Source: an uncultured delta proteobacterium (GTDB taxonomy: Bacteria > Myxococcota > Myxococcia > Myxococcales > Myxococcaceae). Taken from it: DNA of 64,000 bases. A program made the position numbers and the translations under genes. The notes under the pieces are model-generated. The model saw nothing but the letters and a program-made list of their open reading frames with translations, did not search any database and was not told the origin of the DNA. Numbering within the stretch: the stretch's first letter is position 1; each line of letters opens with the position of its first letter. This document shows positions 22,601 to 35,723 of the stretch, in pieces. The stretch lies in NCBI GenBank assembly GCA_963771175.1, contig CAVYSY010000030.1, positions 64,001 to 128,000 of the forward strand. The letters run 5' to 3'.

Positions 22601-22842
22601 GTGGACGACATCCTGGTGAACTTCGACCTGGAGCGGACTCGGGGCACGCTGCGGCTGCTGGCGCGGCTGTCCGAGCACCACCAGGTCATCGCCTTCACCT
22701 GCCACCCGTGGCTGCGCGAGCGCTTCGAGGCCGAGGGCGCGCGGGTGGTGGAAGTGGCGGGGTCCGCACGCGCGGAGGCCGCGAACTCCCGGGGACAGTC
22801 CTCGGGAGCCGCGGCCTCGGTGGAGCAATCAACCGCCCGTTC

Positions 22843-22846
<4 letters not shown>
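19622..22846 (+). CDS. SbcC/Rad50-like coiled-coil ATPase (YhaN/AAA_27-like)
   Basis: GTGA overlap with the nuclease gene; Walker [11 protein letters not shown], long coiled coil with two central TM helices, [30 protein letters not shown]. Confidence 0.92.
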
Positions 22847-24129
<1,283 letters not shown>

Positions 24130-24196
24130 GTCGGCTCCTCTCGAGCTGGATACAGAAAGGTGTGGAAGGAACTTCGGGTTGCGGGGAAACGGCCGC

Positions 24197-25826
<1,630 letters not shown>

Positions 25827-25849
25827 GCAAATCTCCTTGGCGTGGTGCG

Positions 25850-25969
25850 TTGTAAAAGTCGCCAACGCGCCAGAATCTGTGTCTTCCCCGACGTGGAGGG
25901 AAGTGCGTGTGAACGAAAGTAGACGGTTTTGTAAGGCTGTCAACAGGGTCGGGATTAAATTTGTAAATT
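25850..25969. promoter_or_regulatory. Repeated TTGTAA/TTTGTAAA boxes upstream of aceBA (candidate operator)
   Basis: TTGTAA at 25850, 25929 and 25961 (near-palindrome AATTTGTAAATT, 25958-25969) in an AT-rich divergent intergenic region. Confidence 0.45.
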
Positions 25970-26077
25970 GACCGACTTGAAAACGGGGAAGAAGGGGGGG
26001 GCGCAATGGGGGAGCAACCTGGGTCGTAGGGCGGAATGAGGCCAGGGGAGCACGGGCCTCTTTCGAGGAGAGGTTCC

Positions 26078-26443
26078 ATGGACGAGACGAAGCGGTGCGT
26101 GGCGTGCAGGATGGACCTCCAGGCCGAGGCGACCCGCTGCCCGCACTGCCGCGAGCGGCAGCCGGGGGCGGAGCCGATGCACCGAGGAGGGCCAGAGCGG
26201 GTGCTGGGCGGGGTGTGCACGGCGCTGGCGCGGCAGCTCGGGTTGGACGTGGCGCTGGTGCGGGTGGCGTTCGTGGTGGCGCTGGCTGTGTCGGGCGGGA
26301 CGGCGCTGTTGGTGTACCTGCTGCTGTGGGTGCTCACGCCGGCGTCGGCGACGGGAAGGGCGCCCGTGCAGCGACTGGTGGACTGGCTGTCCAGGGTGAC
26401 GAACGCGGCGGAGGACGAGCCCCGCGTGGAGCGCCGGGTCTGA
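26078..26443 (+). CDS. PspC-domain protein with N-terminal zinc ribbon
   Basis: CVAC..CPHC, then [32 protein letters not shown]. Confidence 0.85.
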   Translation: MDETKRCVACRMDLQAEATRCPHCRERQPGAEPMHRGGPERVLGGVCTALARQLGLDVALVRVAFVVALAVSGGTALLVYLLLWVLTPASATGRAPVQRLVDWLSRVTNAAEDEPRVERRV

Positions 26444-26477
26444 AGCGGGTTCCCCCTCAGTAAGTTTGTAAAAGCAG

Positions 26478-26539
26478 CGCCCTCTCCCACCGGAGAGGGC
26501 GGTAGGCACGGTCATCCCGGAGTGGGCCCCGGGCTTTTT
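26478..26539. terminator. Hairpin(s) between convergent pspC-like and MOSC genes
   Basis: Perfect 10-bp stem CGCCCTCTCC/GGAGAGGGCG (26478-26501); weaker CCCGG/CCGGG stem followed by TTTTT (26516-26539). Confidence 0.5.
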
Positions 26540-26551
26540 GATGCGTGTACG

Positions 26552-27034
26552 TCAGGGCAGCTTCGGCCAGATGGGGCGCGGCGCATCCGGGTTGACGTCG
26601 AGCAGGCGCACGCCATCCCCCTCCCGCACCGTGCCTCCGCGCAGCACCCTGGCGAGCTGCCCCCGCTGGCCCCAGGACTCCTTCAACAGGCCCGGGCGGA
26701 TGCGCTCGAGCTTCGAGCAGGGCACGCAGGGCTCGGTCAGCTCCACCACCACCTCCGTGCCCAGCGCCAGGCGCTGCCCCGCCGGGAGGGACTCCAGCGG
26801 CAGTCCGGAGATGACCACGTTCTCCTTCAGCGCTCCCACCCCGAGCCGCAGCGAGGCATGGGAAGCCTCATCCAGCAGCAGGAGCTGCCGCTTGCCATTC
26901 GGCTTCTTCTTCCCGTGGCGGTCGCCCACGAAGCCTCGGCCTTCGAGGGCCTGGGCCTCGGGGACGCGCTTCATGGGCGTTCCCCGCTCCTGGGCGAGCA
27001 GGAGTGCGCGGATGGTGCCGGTGGGAGTGTCCAC
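26552..27034 (-). CDS. MOSC-domain protein
   Basis: [52 protein letters not shown]. Confidence 0.85.
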   Translation of the reverse strand: MDTPTGTIRALLLAQERGTPMKRVPEAQALEGRGFVGDRHGKKKPNGKRQLLLLDEASHASLRLGVGALKENVVISGLPLESLPAGQRLALGTEVVVELTEPCVPCSKLERIRPGLLKESWGQRGQLARVLRGGTVREGDGVRLLDVNPDAPRPIWPKLP

Positions 27035-27141
27035 TTCCGGAATCCTGTCCCCGGACTCCTCCCACCGCAAGACGCATGCGGGGAGCGCTCGGCACGCGGG
27101 AGTCGGGCCCGTGCTATCGCCCCCGTCGAGGAGGCAGCCAC

Positions 27142-28540
27142 GTGAGCAACCAGAACGTTCGCATCGAGAAGGACACGTTCGGTCCCATCGAGGTCCCGGC
27201 CGAGCGCCTGTGGGGCGCGCAGACGCAGCGCAGCCGTCAGAACTTCGCCATCTCCACCGAGCGCATGCCGCTTGGCCCTCATCCGCGCCCTGGTGCTGGT
27301 GAAGAAGGCGGCGGCCCTCGCCAACATGGAGAACGGCACGCTGCCCAGGGACAAGGGCGAGGCCATCGTGAAGGCCGCCAACGAGGTGCTCGATGGCCAG
27401 CACGACGAGGAGTTCCCCCTCCTGGTGTGGCAGACGGGCAGCGGCACGCAGACGAACATGAACGTCAACGAGGTGCTGGCCAACCGGGCCTCGGAGCTGC
27501 TGGGCGGCGAGCGCGGCGAGCGCCGGAAGGTGCACCCCAACGACGACGTCAACAAGGGGCAGAGCTCCAACGACGTCTTCCCCACCGCCATGAGCGTGGC
27601 CGCGGCGGAGGCCGTGGTGCGCAACGTGCTCCCCGAGCTGCAGGCGCTGCGCGACGTGCTCGCGGAGAGGGCGGCGAAGTTCCGGGACATCGTGAAGGTG
27701 GGCCGCACGCACTTGCAGGACGCCACCCCGTTGACGCTGGGCCAGGAGTTCAGCGGCTACGTGGCGCAGCTCGAGCATGCGCGCAAGCACCTCGAGCTCA
27801 CCCTGCCGCACCTGTCCGAGCTGGCGCTCGGGGGCACCGCGGTGGGCACCGGCCTCAACGCGCCCAAGGGCTTCGCCGAGCGCGTGGCGCAGGAGCTCGC
27901 CCGCCTCACGGGCCACCCCTTCGTCACCGCGCCCAACAAGTTCGAGGCGCTCGCGGCCAACGACGCGCTGGTGCAGGCCCACGGCGCGCTCAAGGGCCTG
28001 GCCGCCGCGCTCTTCAAGATGGCCAATGACGTGCGCTGGCTGGCCTCGGGGCCGCGCTCGGGCATCGGTGAAATCACCATTCCCGAGAACGAGCCGGGCA
28101 GCTCCATCATGCCGGGCAAGGTGAACCCCACGCAGTCCGAGGCCATGACCATGCTGTGCGCGCAGGTGATGGGCAACGACGTGGCCATCTCCCTGGGCGG
28201 TGCCTCCGGCAACTTCGAGCTGAACGTCTTCAAGCCGCTGCTCATCCACAACTTCCTGCAGAGCTGCCGGCTGCTGGCGGACGGCATGCGCAGCTTCCGG
28301 CTCCACTGCGCGGTGGGGATCGAGCCGAACCTGCCGCGCCTGAAGGAGAACCTGGAGCGCTCGCTGATGCTCGTCACCGCGCTCAACCCGCACATCGGCT
28401 ACGACAACGCGGCCAGAATCGCCAAGAAGGCGCACAAGGAGGGCAAGACGCTCAAGGAGGTCGCGGTGGAGCTGGGCCTGCTCACCCCCGAGCAGTTCGA
28501 CCAGTGGGTGCGCCCGGAGAAGATGATCGGCAACCTGTAG
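27142..28540 (+). CDS. fumC: Class II fumarate hydratase; apparent frameshift near 27275
   Basis: [61 protein letters not shown] signature. Confidence 0.97.
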
Positions 28541-28591
28541 GGCCGAGTGGGAAATGGCCGAGCGCGAGGAGTGGGGGTATGGCTCCTCGCC

Positions 28592-28759
28592 ATGGATGCG
28601 AAGCCTCCCCCGACTCCTCCAGCTCCACCTCCCGGGCAGAGCAGCCCCGAGGTGGTGATGCGGACGTGCCCCAACTGCGGGGCCCAGCTCGAGGAGCGCA
28701 AGTGCAAGCTCCTCTGCACGCGCTGCGGCTACTACATGAGCTGCGCGGACTACTACTGA
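28592..28759 (+). CDS. Small CPxCG-type zinc-finger protein
   Basis: 55-aa ORF ending [30 protein letters not shown]. Confidence 0.7.
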   Translation: MDAKPPPTPPAPPPGQSSPEVVMRTCPNCGAQLEERKCKLLCTRCGYYMSCADYY

Positions 28760-28781
28760 GCCAGTCCGCGCCCGCTCACCG

Positions 28782-31104
28782 TCACGGGGGCGCGAGCTGC
28801 TTGAGGATGTTCACCGTGTCCACCGCGGCGGTGGACGGCGCGAGCGCCGTGTCCGCGATGCCGGACACCACGCGGGTGATGTTGTGGTCCACCACGCCCT
28901 CCTGGGCCCAGGTGTCCACCGTGGGGGCGGTGATGTAGACGGAGAAGGCGTGGTGGCCCGAGCCGGGCCGCTCGCCGATGACGTGCAGGATGGCCCGGCG
29001 CGAGTCCTTCTGCGGCAGCGAGCCGTACAGCATCTCGCCGATGCGGTAGCCGGCGCGCACCCGCCCCGACGTCACCACGACGGGCTCGGGTGCCACCTTG
29101 TAGCCCGCGGCCGTCAGCTCCGCCTGCAGCCGCTCCAGGTACGGCTCGAGGTGCCCATCGTCCGTGATCGCGAGGGCGTTGAGCCCGTCCGAGATGACGA
29201 TCTGCACGTCGTAGTGGCCCGCCTGCGCGTCCCGCAGCGTCTCGCAGCGACTCCAGCGCCGTCTCGGCGAGCTGCTCGCCCGAGGGCGGGTGGAGGATGT
29301 AGTCCGTGCGGTCCTTGGAGCCGGTGGCCACGGTCACCGCGCTGCGGGCAGCGCGGCTGGTGAAGGTCGGGGGCAGCTCGGCCCAGATGCACTGCTTCGC
29401 GTCGTCGTAGAGGGAGCGGATCTCGCCGGTCCAGCTCGGGTTCAGGTCCCACGCCTGGGTGCCGTGGCCCTCGGCCAGCCAGACGCCGCGCTCGCGCACC
29501 TCCGCCATCTGCGCCTGCCCTCGGCGAGGATCTCCGCGTCCGGGCGCGTGTCGCCCTTGCGCCGCCGGTACTGCAGGTACACCCAGGTCGGGTCACCGAA
29601 GTGCTCGGTGGGGCGGCCCGCGCGCGTCGATGACGCCGAGCTCCTGGAAGAAGGCCCACATCCGGTCGTCCACCTTGTAGCCGAACTTCTCGCGGATGCG
29701 CACGTGGTCCTGGAACGCCGGTGGTCAGGTAGCTGAGCATCGGGTCGTTCTTGGTCGGCAGCGCCATCAGGTAGGCGGGGTTGGCCGGCATGATCTGGTC
29801 CAGGCACCAGTCGAGGTCGTCGAGGTCGACCTCCATGTGCAGCGTCGAGCAGACGTCCAGGCCGATCATCAGCCCGTGCAGCTTGCCCATGACGATGTCC
29901 TCGAGGCAGCAGCGCACGAGCTGCTCGCGGGTGCGGAACACCTCGGGGCCGATGAAGCCGGCCACGTCGTTGAGGTGGACCCAGGGCGCGGCGGCGCGGC
30001 CGGCCCCGAGCTGCGGCCTCGGCCACGCGCTGCTTGAGCACGCGCGCGAAGCCGTACTTGCGCGACTCGTGCATCACCATGTCGAAGCCCTCGCCGTGAC
30101 CGTTGGTGCCGTCGGCGCCCTGGCCGGTCTCGAAGTAGAGGCCGTACTTGCCGGTGCGCTGCGCCGCGTGGGCCAGCATCTTGGGAATGGTGACGTCGAA
30201 CGTCGCGTTGGCGGCCTCGGTGCCGCCGAGGCTCTGGAACCAGAGCGCCGGTGGTGCCGGGCTGCAGCTTCTCCACCTCGGCCTGGATGTCGATGTGGGA
30301 CAGCACGCAGTGGGGCATGACGTCGGTGAGCCCGAACGTATCCAGCACGTCCTTCAGTGCGTTCTCCACCGCGGCCACCGAGGACACCTCGCTGGAGACG
30401 GGGTTGGTGCCGAGCACCACGTCGCCGACGGCGTAGGACCAGCCGTCGAAGACCTGCCAGCGGATGTCGTCCGGGTGGTCGGTGGGCGAGTTGGGCTGGA
30501 TGCGCGCGCCCAGGTAGCCCTTGGCGCCCACCTTGCTGCCGGGCAGCGGGTTGAAGAGCTTGCCGCCCACGGCGATCAGCTCCTCGTTGCTCATCAGCTT
30601 CACCACGCAGGCGATGACGTCGCTGCCGAGCCCGGGCATGTGGGCCTTGATGGCCTCCTCCGGCTGGTCGAGCAGGAAGGCCTTGAGGTCGCCCAGCTTC
30701 CAGCCCTCGAGGTTGGCGGCCATCGCGGGGTCCACGCCCTGCTCGATGAGCGTGAAGAGACCATCCTCGAAGAGCGGATGGGCGCGCAGCTCGCCGATGC
30801 GGGTGTGGTGCAGCAGGAGGCGGGCGTTGGCGCGCGAGGCGTCGTCCGCGGCGGCCAGGCCAGCGGCCTCATCGCCCTCCTTGTACGCGTTGGCCGCGCC
30901 GATGATCTGCCGGTAGAGGGTCTGGTCGAAGCCGCCCCGGGTGCGCTCGATGTAGCGGAAGACGCTCTCCCCCTCCTTCACCGAGGGGATGTACACGCCC
31001 GGCGGGGGTGGAGTCGTCGCGGGTGGCTTATCCTTCTTGCACCCGCTGAGGGCCAGCGCGGAGGCCCCGAGCATCAGCGAGGTCATGAACGTCCGGCGGC
31101 GCAT
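28782..31104 (-). CDS. eutBC: Ethanolamine ammonia-lyase EutB-EutC fusion with Tat lipoprotein signal; several apparent frameshifts
   Basis: EutB: ANAYKEGDEAAGLAA, KLMSNEELI, RIQPNSPTD, YAVGDVVLGTNP, YFETGQG, GFIGPE, LEDIVMGKLHGL. EutC: DRTDYILHPPSG, QIVISDGLNA, GRVRAG, IGERPG. N-terminus MRRRTFMTSLMLGASALALSGC. Confidence 0.85.
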
Positions 31105-31260
31105 CTCCACCGGAATCCAGCGCTGGCGCGTGGGTGGAGGAACAGGGCCTCGTGGCATGACACGACGTGGCCGGACCCGATGCATCGTCTTCATGATGGC
31201 TCCCCTCGACGAATGGACTGGGAATTCTACGAGGAGCCCTGACACGACAAGCAAAACGGC

Positions 31261-31280
31261 TCTGTCCATTGATGGACAGA
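31261..31280. promoter_or_regulatory. Palindrome TCTGTCCAT-TG-ATGGACAGA (TGTC-N8-GACA) upstream of eutBC
   Basis: Perfect 9-bp inverted repeat with a 2-nt spacer in an intergenic region. Confidence 0.45.
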
Positions 31281-31296
31281 GCCGTGACCCCCGCGC

Positions 31297-32334
31297 CTAG
31301 TAGTAGCCGCAGGTATCCATCATCTGGCCACCGTTGCTGTCCGGCGTGCCGTCCAGGGACCAGTTGATGCTCACGCTGGCGCTGCCGAGGTTCGAAACGG
31401 AGCCAGAGGCATCCGCCGTGAAGGCGTACTTGTGGGTGCACTTGCTCTCGGCGATCCACTTGCCGGTGCCGCCGGTGGTGCCATAGCCGAAATCGTTGTC
31501 GCAATCACAGCTCCAGCCCAGGAAGCCCTGGCAGCTCGAGGCATAGCTGTAGCCGTACGGAGACGGCGCGCAGCTCGTGCTGCAGCGGATGCCGGACTGC
31601 TGCGCACCCATGACCTTGCGGACCAGCACGCCACCAAAGACATTCTTGTACTCGATGGTGTAGCCGTACCAGGTCCTGGACTTGTTGGTGGTGCTGGGGC
31701 TGCTCGCCAGACCGCAAACGGCGGTGGTGCCCATCTCACCGCTCGGCGCGGCGGCTCCCGGCTCCTCGACATCCTTGGGGCCCCAACCCTGGGCGGCCAG
31801 GCGCATCCGGTTCTGCGTCATGGACTCCATGAACATCACCGTGGGATCCAGCACCGTGCAGTAATTGGCGGAGGCCCAGCAGAACTCGAGGGCCTCGTGC
31901 TGCTTCGTCTCGGAACCGATGGTGGCGGAGACCGCCAGCTTCCGGTAGACGCCCTGGTTGACGGGACGGCTCGCCACCGTCTCGAAACCCATCGCGGTGT
32001 TCTTCAGCTCCGAGGCCATGAAGACGTCGAACCCCAGGGTGTGGGGCGCGACGAAACGGGGGGCGCGGAGCTCGGTGCCGACCTGGTCCGCGGCGACCAG
32101 ATAGTTGGAGGTCGCGAGGAGCTCTCCGAAGGGAGTCTCGGCGATCTGCGTCATCGAGCCCTTGGCCAGGGTCTTCACGTCGAAGGAGATCTGGTTGCCG
32201 GTACCGGCCGCGTACTCGGCATACATGCCCTCGGCATAGCCGCGGCTCGCCTCCTGATTGCCAGCAGCCTGCGCATGTCCAACTCCGAGAGCGAGCACGC
32301 CAACAGCCACCCATCCAACCTGGGGAAGACGCAT
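31297..32334 (-). CDS. Secreted hypothetical protein with Cys-rich C-terminal domain
   Basis: Signal peptide (AQA), 345-aa ORF, Cys cluster in the C-terminal third; AT-rich upstream region. Confidence 0.75.
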   Translation of the reverse strand: MRLPQVGWVAVGVLALGVGHAQAAGNQEASRGYAEGMYAEYAAGTGNQISFDVKTLAKGSMTQIAETPFGELLATSNYLVAADQVGTELRAPRFVAPHTLGFDVFMASELKNTAMGFETVASRPVNQGVYRKLAVSATIGSETKQHEALEFCWASANYCTVLDPTVMFMESMTQNRMRLAAQGWGPKDVEEPGAAAPSGEMGTTAVCGLASSPSTTNKSRTWYGYTIEYKNVFGGVLVRKVMGAQQSGIRCSTSCAPSPYGYSYASSCQGFLGWSCDCDNDFGYGTTGGTGKWIAESKCTHKYAFTADASGSVSNLGSASVSINWSLDGTPDSNGGQMMDTCGYY

Positions 32335-32627
32335 GTGAATCTCCTTTGGGGGTCAAGAAAAAAAGAAGTGCCTCGTTCTCCAGAGTGGAAAGGAGGCGCA
32401 CGCAAGGTGCGGTTTCTCAGAAATTAAGTCAAATGTTTTTTGGGTTTTACTGGTTAGTCTGGTTGTGCGTGGAAATGGGGGTGAAGGTGGTCGAGGTGCG
32501 CAGGTCGCGCCGATGAGCTGCCGGTAGGACGGCGTCCCTCGGCGACACGACAGGCAAACGACGCTGTCTGGCATTGAGAGCTGGAGCCGTTGCACGAGGC
32601 GTGGATTCCAGCGACCCTCGGCCGCGC

Positions 32628-33368
32628 ATGGAGGAGCCGGAGCCCCCGTCGATGACGCGCCAGGACGACTCGCTGGAGGATCTGGACCTGCCGTTCTTCC
32701 AGGCCGTGGCGCTTCAGGTATCGGTGTTGGCCATCGGTCTCTTCACCCGAGTCACGGACGTGTGTGTGCTGCTGGTGCGTCCGTGGCTGCTGCGGCCCTA
32801 CCTGGGCATCTGGCTGGCGGAGCTGCTCCACTCGCCCTACCGGCCGCGGCGCACCTTCGAGGTGACGCGGGCGCTGAAGGTCAGCGGGCAGGGGTTCCGC
32901 GAGCTCATCTATGGCGAGACGCCGTTGCTCACGGCGCTCCGGTTCTTCCGGCGGGCCGGAGTGGGCCGGGGCAGCCGGGTGGTGGACATCGGAGCCGGGC
33001 GGGGGAGGGCGCTGCTCGCGGCGCGGTGGTTGGGCGCGGAGGCGCGCGGGGTGGAGCTGCTGGTGGACCATGTCGCGAGCGTGGCGGGGCAGCTCGGGCC
33101 CGCGGGCATCACCCTCACCGTGGGGGACGCGACGCGCGAGGACCTCGGGGACGCCACGCACGTCTTCGCGGCCTGGACGGCGTTGAGCCCCGAGACGAAG
33201 GCCCGCCTGGTGGAGCGCTTCCGCCTGTGTCGGCCGGGGACGCGCTTCCTCACGGTCTCGAGGCCCATCGAGGGCGCGGGCTTCGTCACCCTGGCCCGCT
33301 ACCGGATGCTCTTTACCTGGGGCTTCGAGGCGGTGTGGCTGCAGGAGTACCGTCCGGAGAACCCATGA
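32628..33368 (+). CDS. Class I SAM-dependent methyltransferase
   Basis: IYGETP, VVDIGAGRGR, GVELL, GDAT; start uncertain (32628 or 32652). Confidence 0.8.
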   Translation: MEEPEPPSMTRQDDSLEDLDLPFFQAVALQVSVLAIGLFTRVTDVCVLLVRPWLLRPYLGIWLAELLHSPYRPRRTFEVTRALKVSGQGFRELIYGETPLLTALRFFRRAGVGRGSRVVDIGAGRGRALLAARWLGAEARGVELLVDHVASVAGQLGPAGITLTVGDATREDLGDATHVFAAWTALSPETKARLVERFRLCRPGTRFLTVSRPIEGAGFVTLARYRMLFTWGFEAVWLQEYRPENP

Positions 33369-33511
33369 ACCTTCCTTCGCTGCCTACTCGCCCGGCTCCG
33401 TCCACGGGCAGGCGACCAGGGGCTCTCGCCCCGGTCCGACCGTAGTCTGGAGCACGATCCCTGAAGAACGAGCGGGCGCCAGCCGGAAAGGCGCATTAGT
33501 GTTGGGACGCC

Positions 33512-34117
<606 letters not shown>

Positions 34118-34232
34118 CTGTCTTCCGAGGGCCCGCCCGCCGCGTGCAACCGCTGCGGGCCGGGACTCGGCTGGACGCAACACTTGCGGGCCGGGCTCCG
34201 GGGCTCCCGTCGAGCCCCCAGGAAGCCGCCCT

Positions 34233-34248
34233 TGGCACGGACCATGCT
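34233..34248 (+). promoter_or_regulatory. Candidate sigma-54 (-24/-12) promoter
   Basis: TGGCACGGACCATGCT versus consensus TGGCACG-N4-TTGCW (one mismatch, correct GG/GC spacing), just upstream of the ATG at 34264. Confidence 0.5.
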
Positions 34249-34263
34249 CACCTTTGAATCGTC

Positions 34264-34623
34264 ATGGTCCCATTCCGCCCCGCACTTGCCCTCCTCTTGA
34301 GTTTCACCCTCCTTGGCGTCGGCTGTGCCGGCCCGACCCAGGAGCGCCGCATGTACCCGGAGCCTCCGAACACCGTCCAACAGGAGCTCGGCTACAACGA
34401 CGTCATCCGCCTCGGCCAGGAATACGCCATGTCGGCGGGCTACGAGGTGACCGAGGTCGCCGAGGCCGAGCAGGTGCGTCCCAACTACTGGCGCGTGCGC
34501 TTCGGCCTGGCGCCTCGGGGCTCGGGCAAGCTGCTGGACCTCGAGTTCGATGGGACCCAGCCTCGGGTCATCGGGACCACCGAGGTGGGCGGCGCGGCGG
34601 GCCGCGGCACTCCGGCGCCGTGA
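34264..34623 (+). CDS. Small lipoprotein
   Basis: Lipobox LLGVGC; 119-aa ORF. Confidence 0.75.
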   Translation: MVPFRPALALLLSFTLLGVGCAGPTQERRMYPEPPNTVQQELGYNDVIRLGQEYAMSAGYEVTEVAEAEQVRPNYWRVRFGLAPRGSGKLLDLEFDGTQPRVIGTTEVGGAAGRGTPAP

Positions 34624-34646
34624 GGAGCCAGGGTCCCCGGCTCCTC
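34622..34646. terminator. Hairpin between convergent genes
   Basis: GAGGAGCC/GGCTCCTC 8-bp stem. Confidence 0.4.
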
Positions 34647-34657
34647 GGGGGCCTGCC

Positions 34658-35635
34658 TCACGGCAGGGACGACAGGAATCGCGTCACGTCCTGCTCGAAG
34701 CGGTCCGCCTCTTCCAGGTAGGGGAAGTGCCCGCTCCGCTCGTATTCGAGCAGGGTGGCGCGCGGCAGGGTCGTCGCCAGGGCCTGCATCGTCTCCAGGC
34801 CGATGGCGCGGTCATGGCGCCCGCCGACGACGAGCACCGGTGCGGTGATTCGCTCGGAGGCCGTGAAGCGGTAGGAGGCCAGCTCGTTGGAGAACAGGGC
34901 CCGGGACAGCTCCCCCGTGTTGCGCAGCCCGCTCTCCGCGTCCACCGCCTCCTGCATCTGGAGGTACGTCGTGTTCTGGAACTGCAGCGTGTTGAAGAAG
35001 CGCTGCGCGTCCAGGCCCCGCAGCGCCCGCATCACCCGCGTGTAGTCCGAGGAGTCCTCGTCGGAGGCCGTCTCGGCGAGTCGCCCGGGGTGCAGGCGTT
35101 CGAGCTCGCGCTTCCAGGTGGCGAACGAGGCCGCCGAGTCGGACAGGCCGCTCACGTACACCACGCCCGCCACGTGCTCCGGGTGGCGCGCCGCGTACTC
35201 CAGCGCGAGCGTCCCGCCGAAGGAGTGCCCCATCAGCACCCAGCGCTCCACGCCCAATTCCTGGCGCAGCGCCTCCAGGTCCGCCACCAGCACCTCCAGC
35301 GAGTAGCGGCCGTCCCACGGGCGCTCGGAGCGGCCACAGCCGCGCTGGTCCAGGTAGACCAGGCGCCGGGTCTTCTCCAGCCGCTGCCCCATCAGCCGGG
35401 CGAAGCTGTAGCTGTTGTAGCCGGGGCCTCCGTGGAGGAAGAGCACCGGGGCGCGCTCGGCCGGGGCCTCACCGGCGACGCGGTAGTACAGCCGGACGCC
35501 GTTGATGACGCGGTGGTTCTCGCCCATCGCCAGCGGTGGCTCGGCCCCGCCGGACGGTGGCGCGTGGTGGCTACAGGCGACCACCAGCGCAACCAGCACG
35601 GCACAACCCAGGACTCCAAGACGCGAGGAAGGCAT
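34658..35635 (-). CDS. Alpha/beta hydrolase (proline iminopeptidase-like) lipoprotein
   Basis: Lipobox VVAC, LHGGPG, DQRGCGRS, GHSFGG nucleophile, SGHFP. Confidence 0.9.
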   Translation of the reverse strand: MPSSRLGVLGCAVLVALVVACSHHAPPSGGAEPPLAMGENHRVINGVRLYYRVAGEAPAERAPVLFLHGGPGYNSYSFARLMGQRLEKTRRLVYLDQRGCGRSERPWDGRYSLEVLVADLEALRQELGVERWVLMGHSFGGTLALEYAARHPEHVAGVVYVSGLSDSAASFATWKRELERLHPGRLAETASDEDSSDYTRVMRALRGLDAQRFFNTLQFQNTTYLQMQEAVDAESGLRNTGELSRALFSNELASYRFTASERITAPVLVVGGRHDRAIGLETMQALATTLPRATLLEYERSGHFPYLEEADRFEQDVTRFLSSLP

Positions 35636-35723
35636 GGCCCGTATGTGCCACGTCTCTGCTCGGGCTGCCCGTGCGAGGAGCGGAAAGTGTCGCCCGCTGC
35701 CCGGCTCGACTGTCAGGTGGAGG

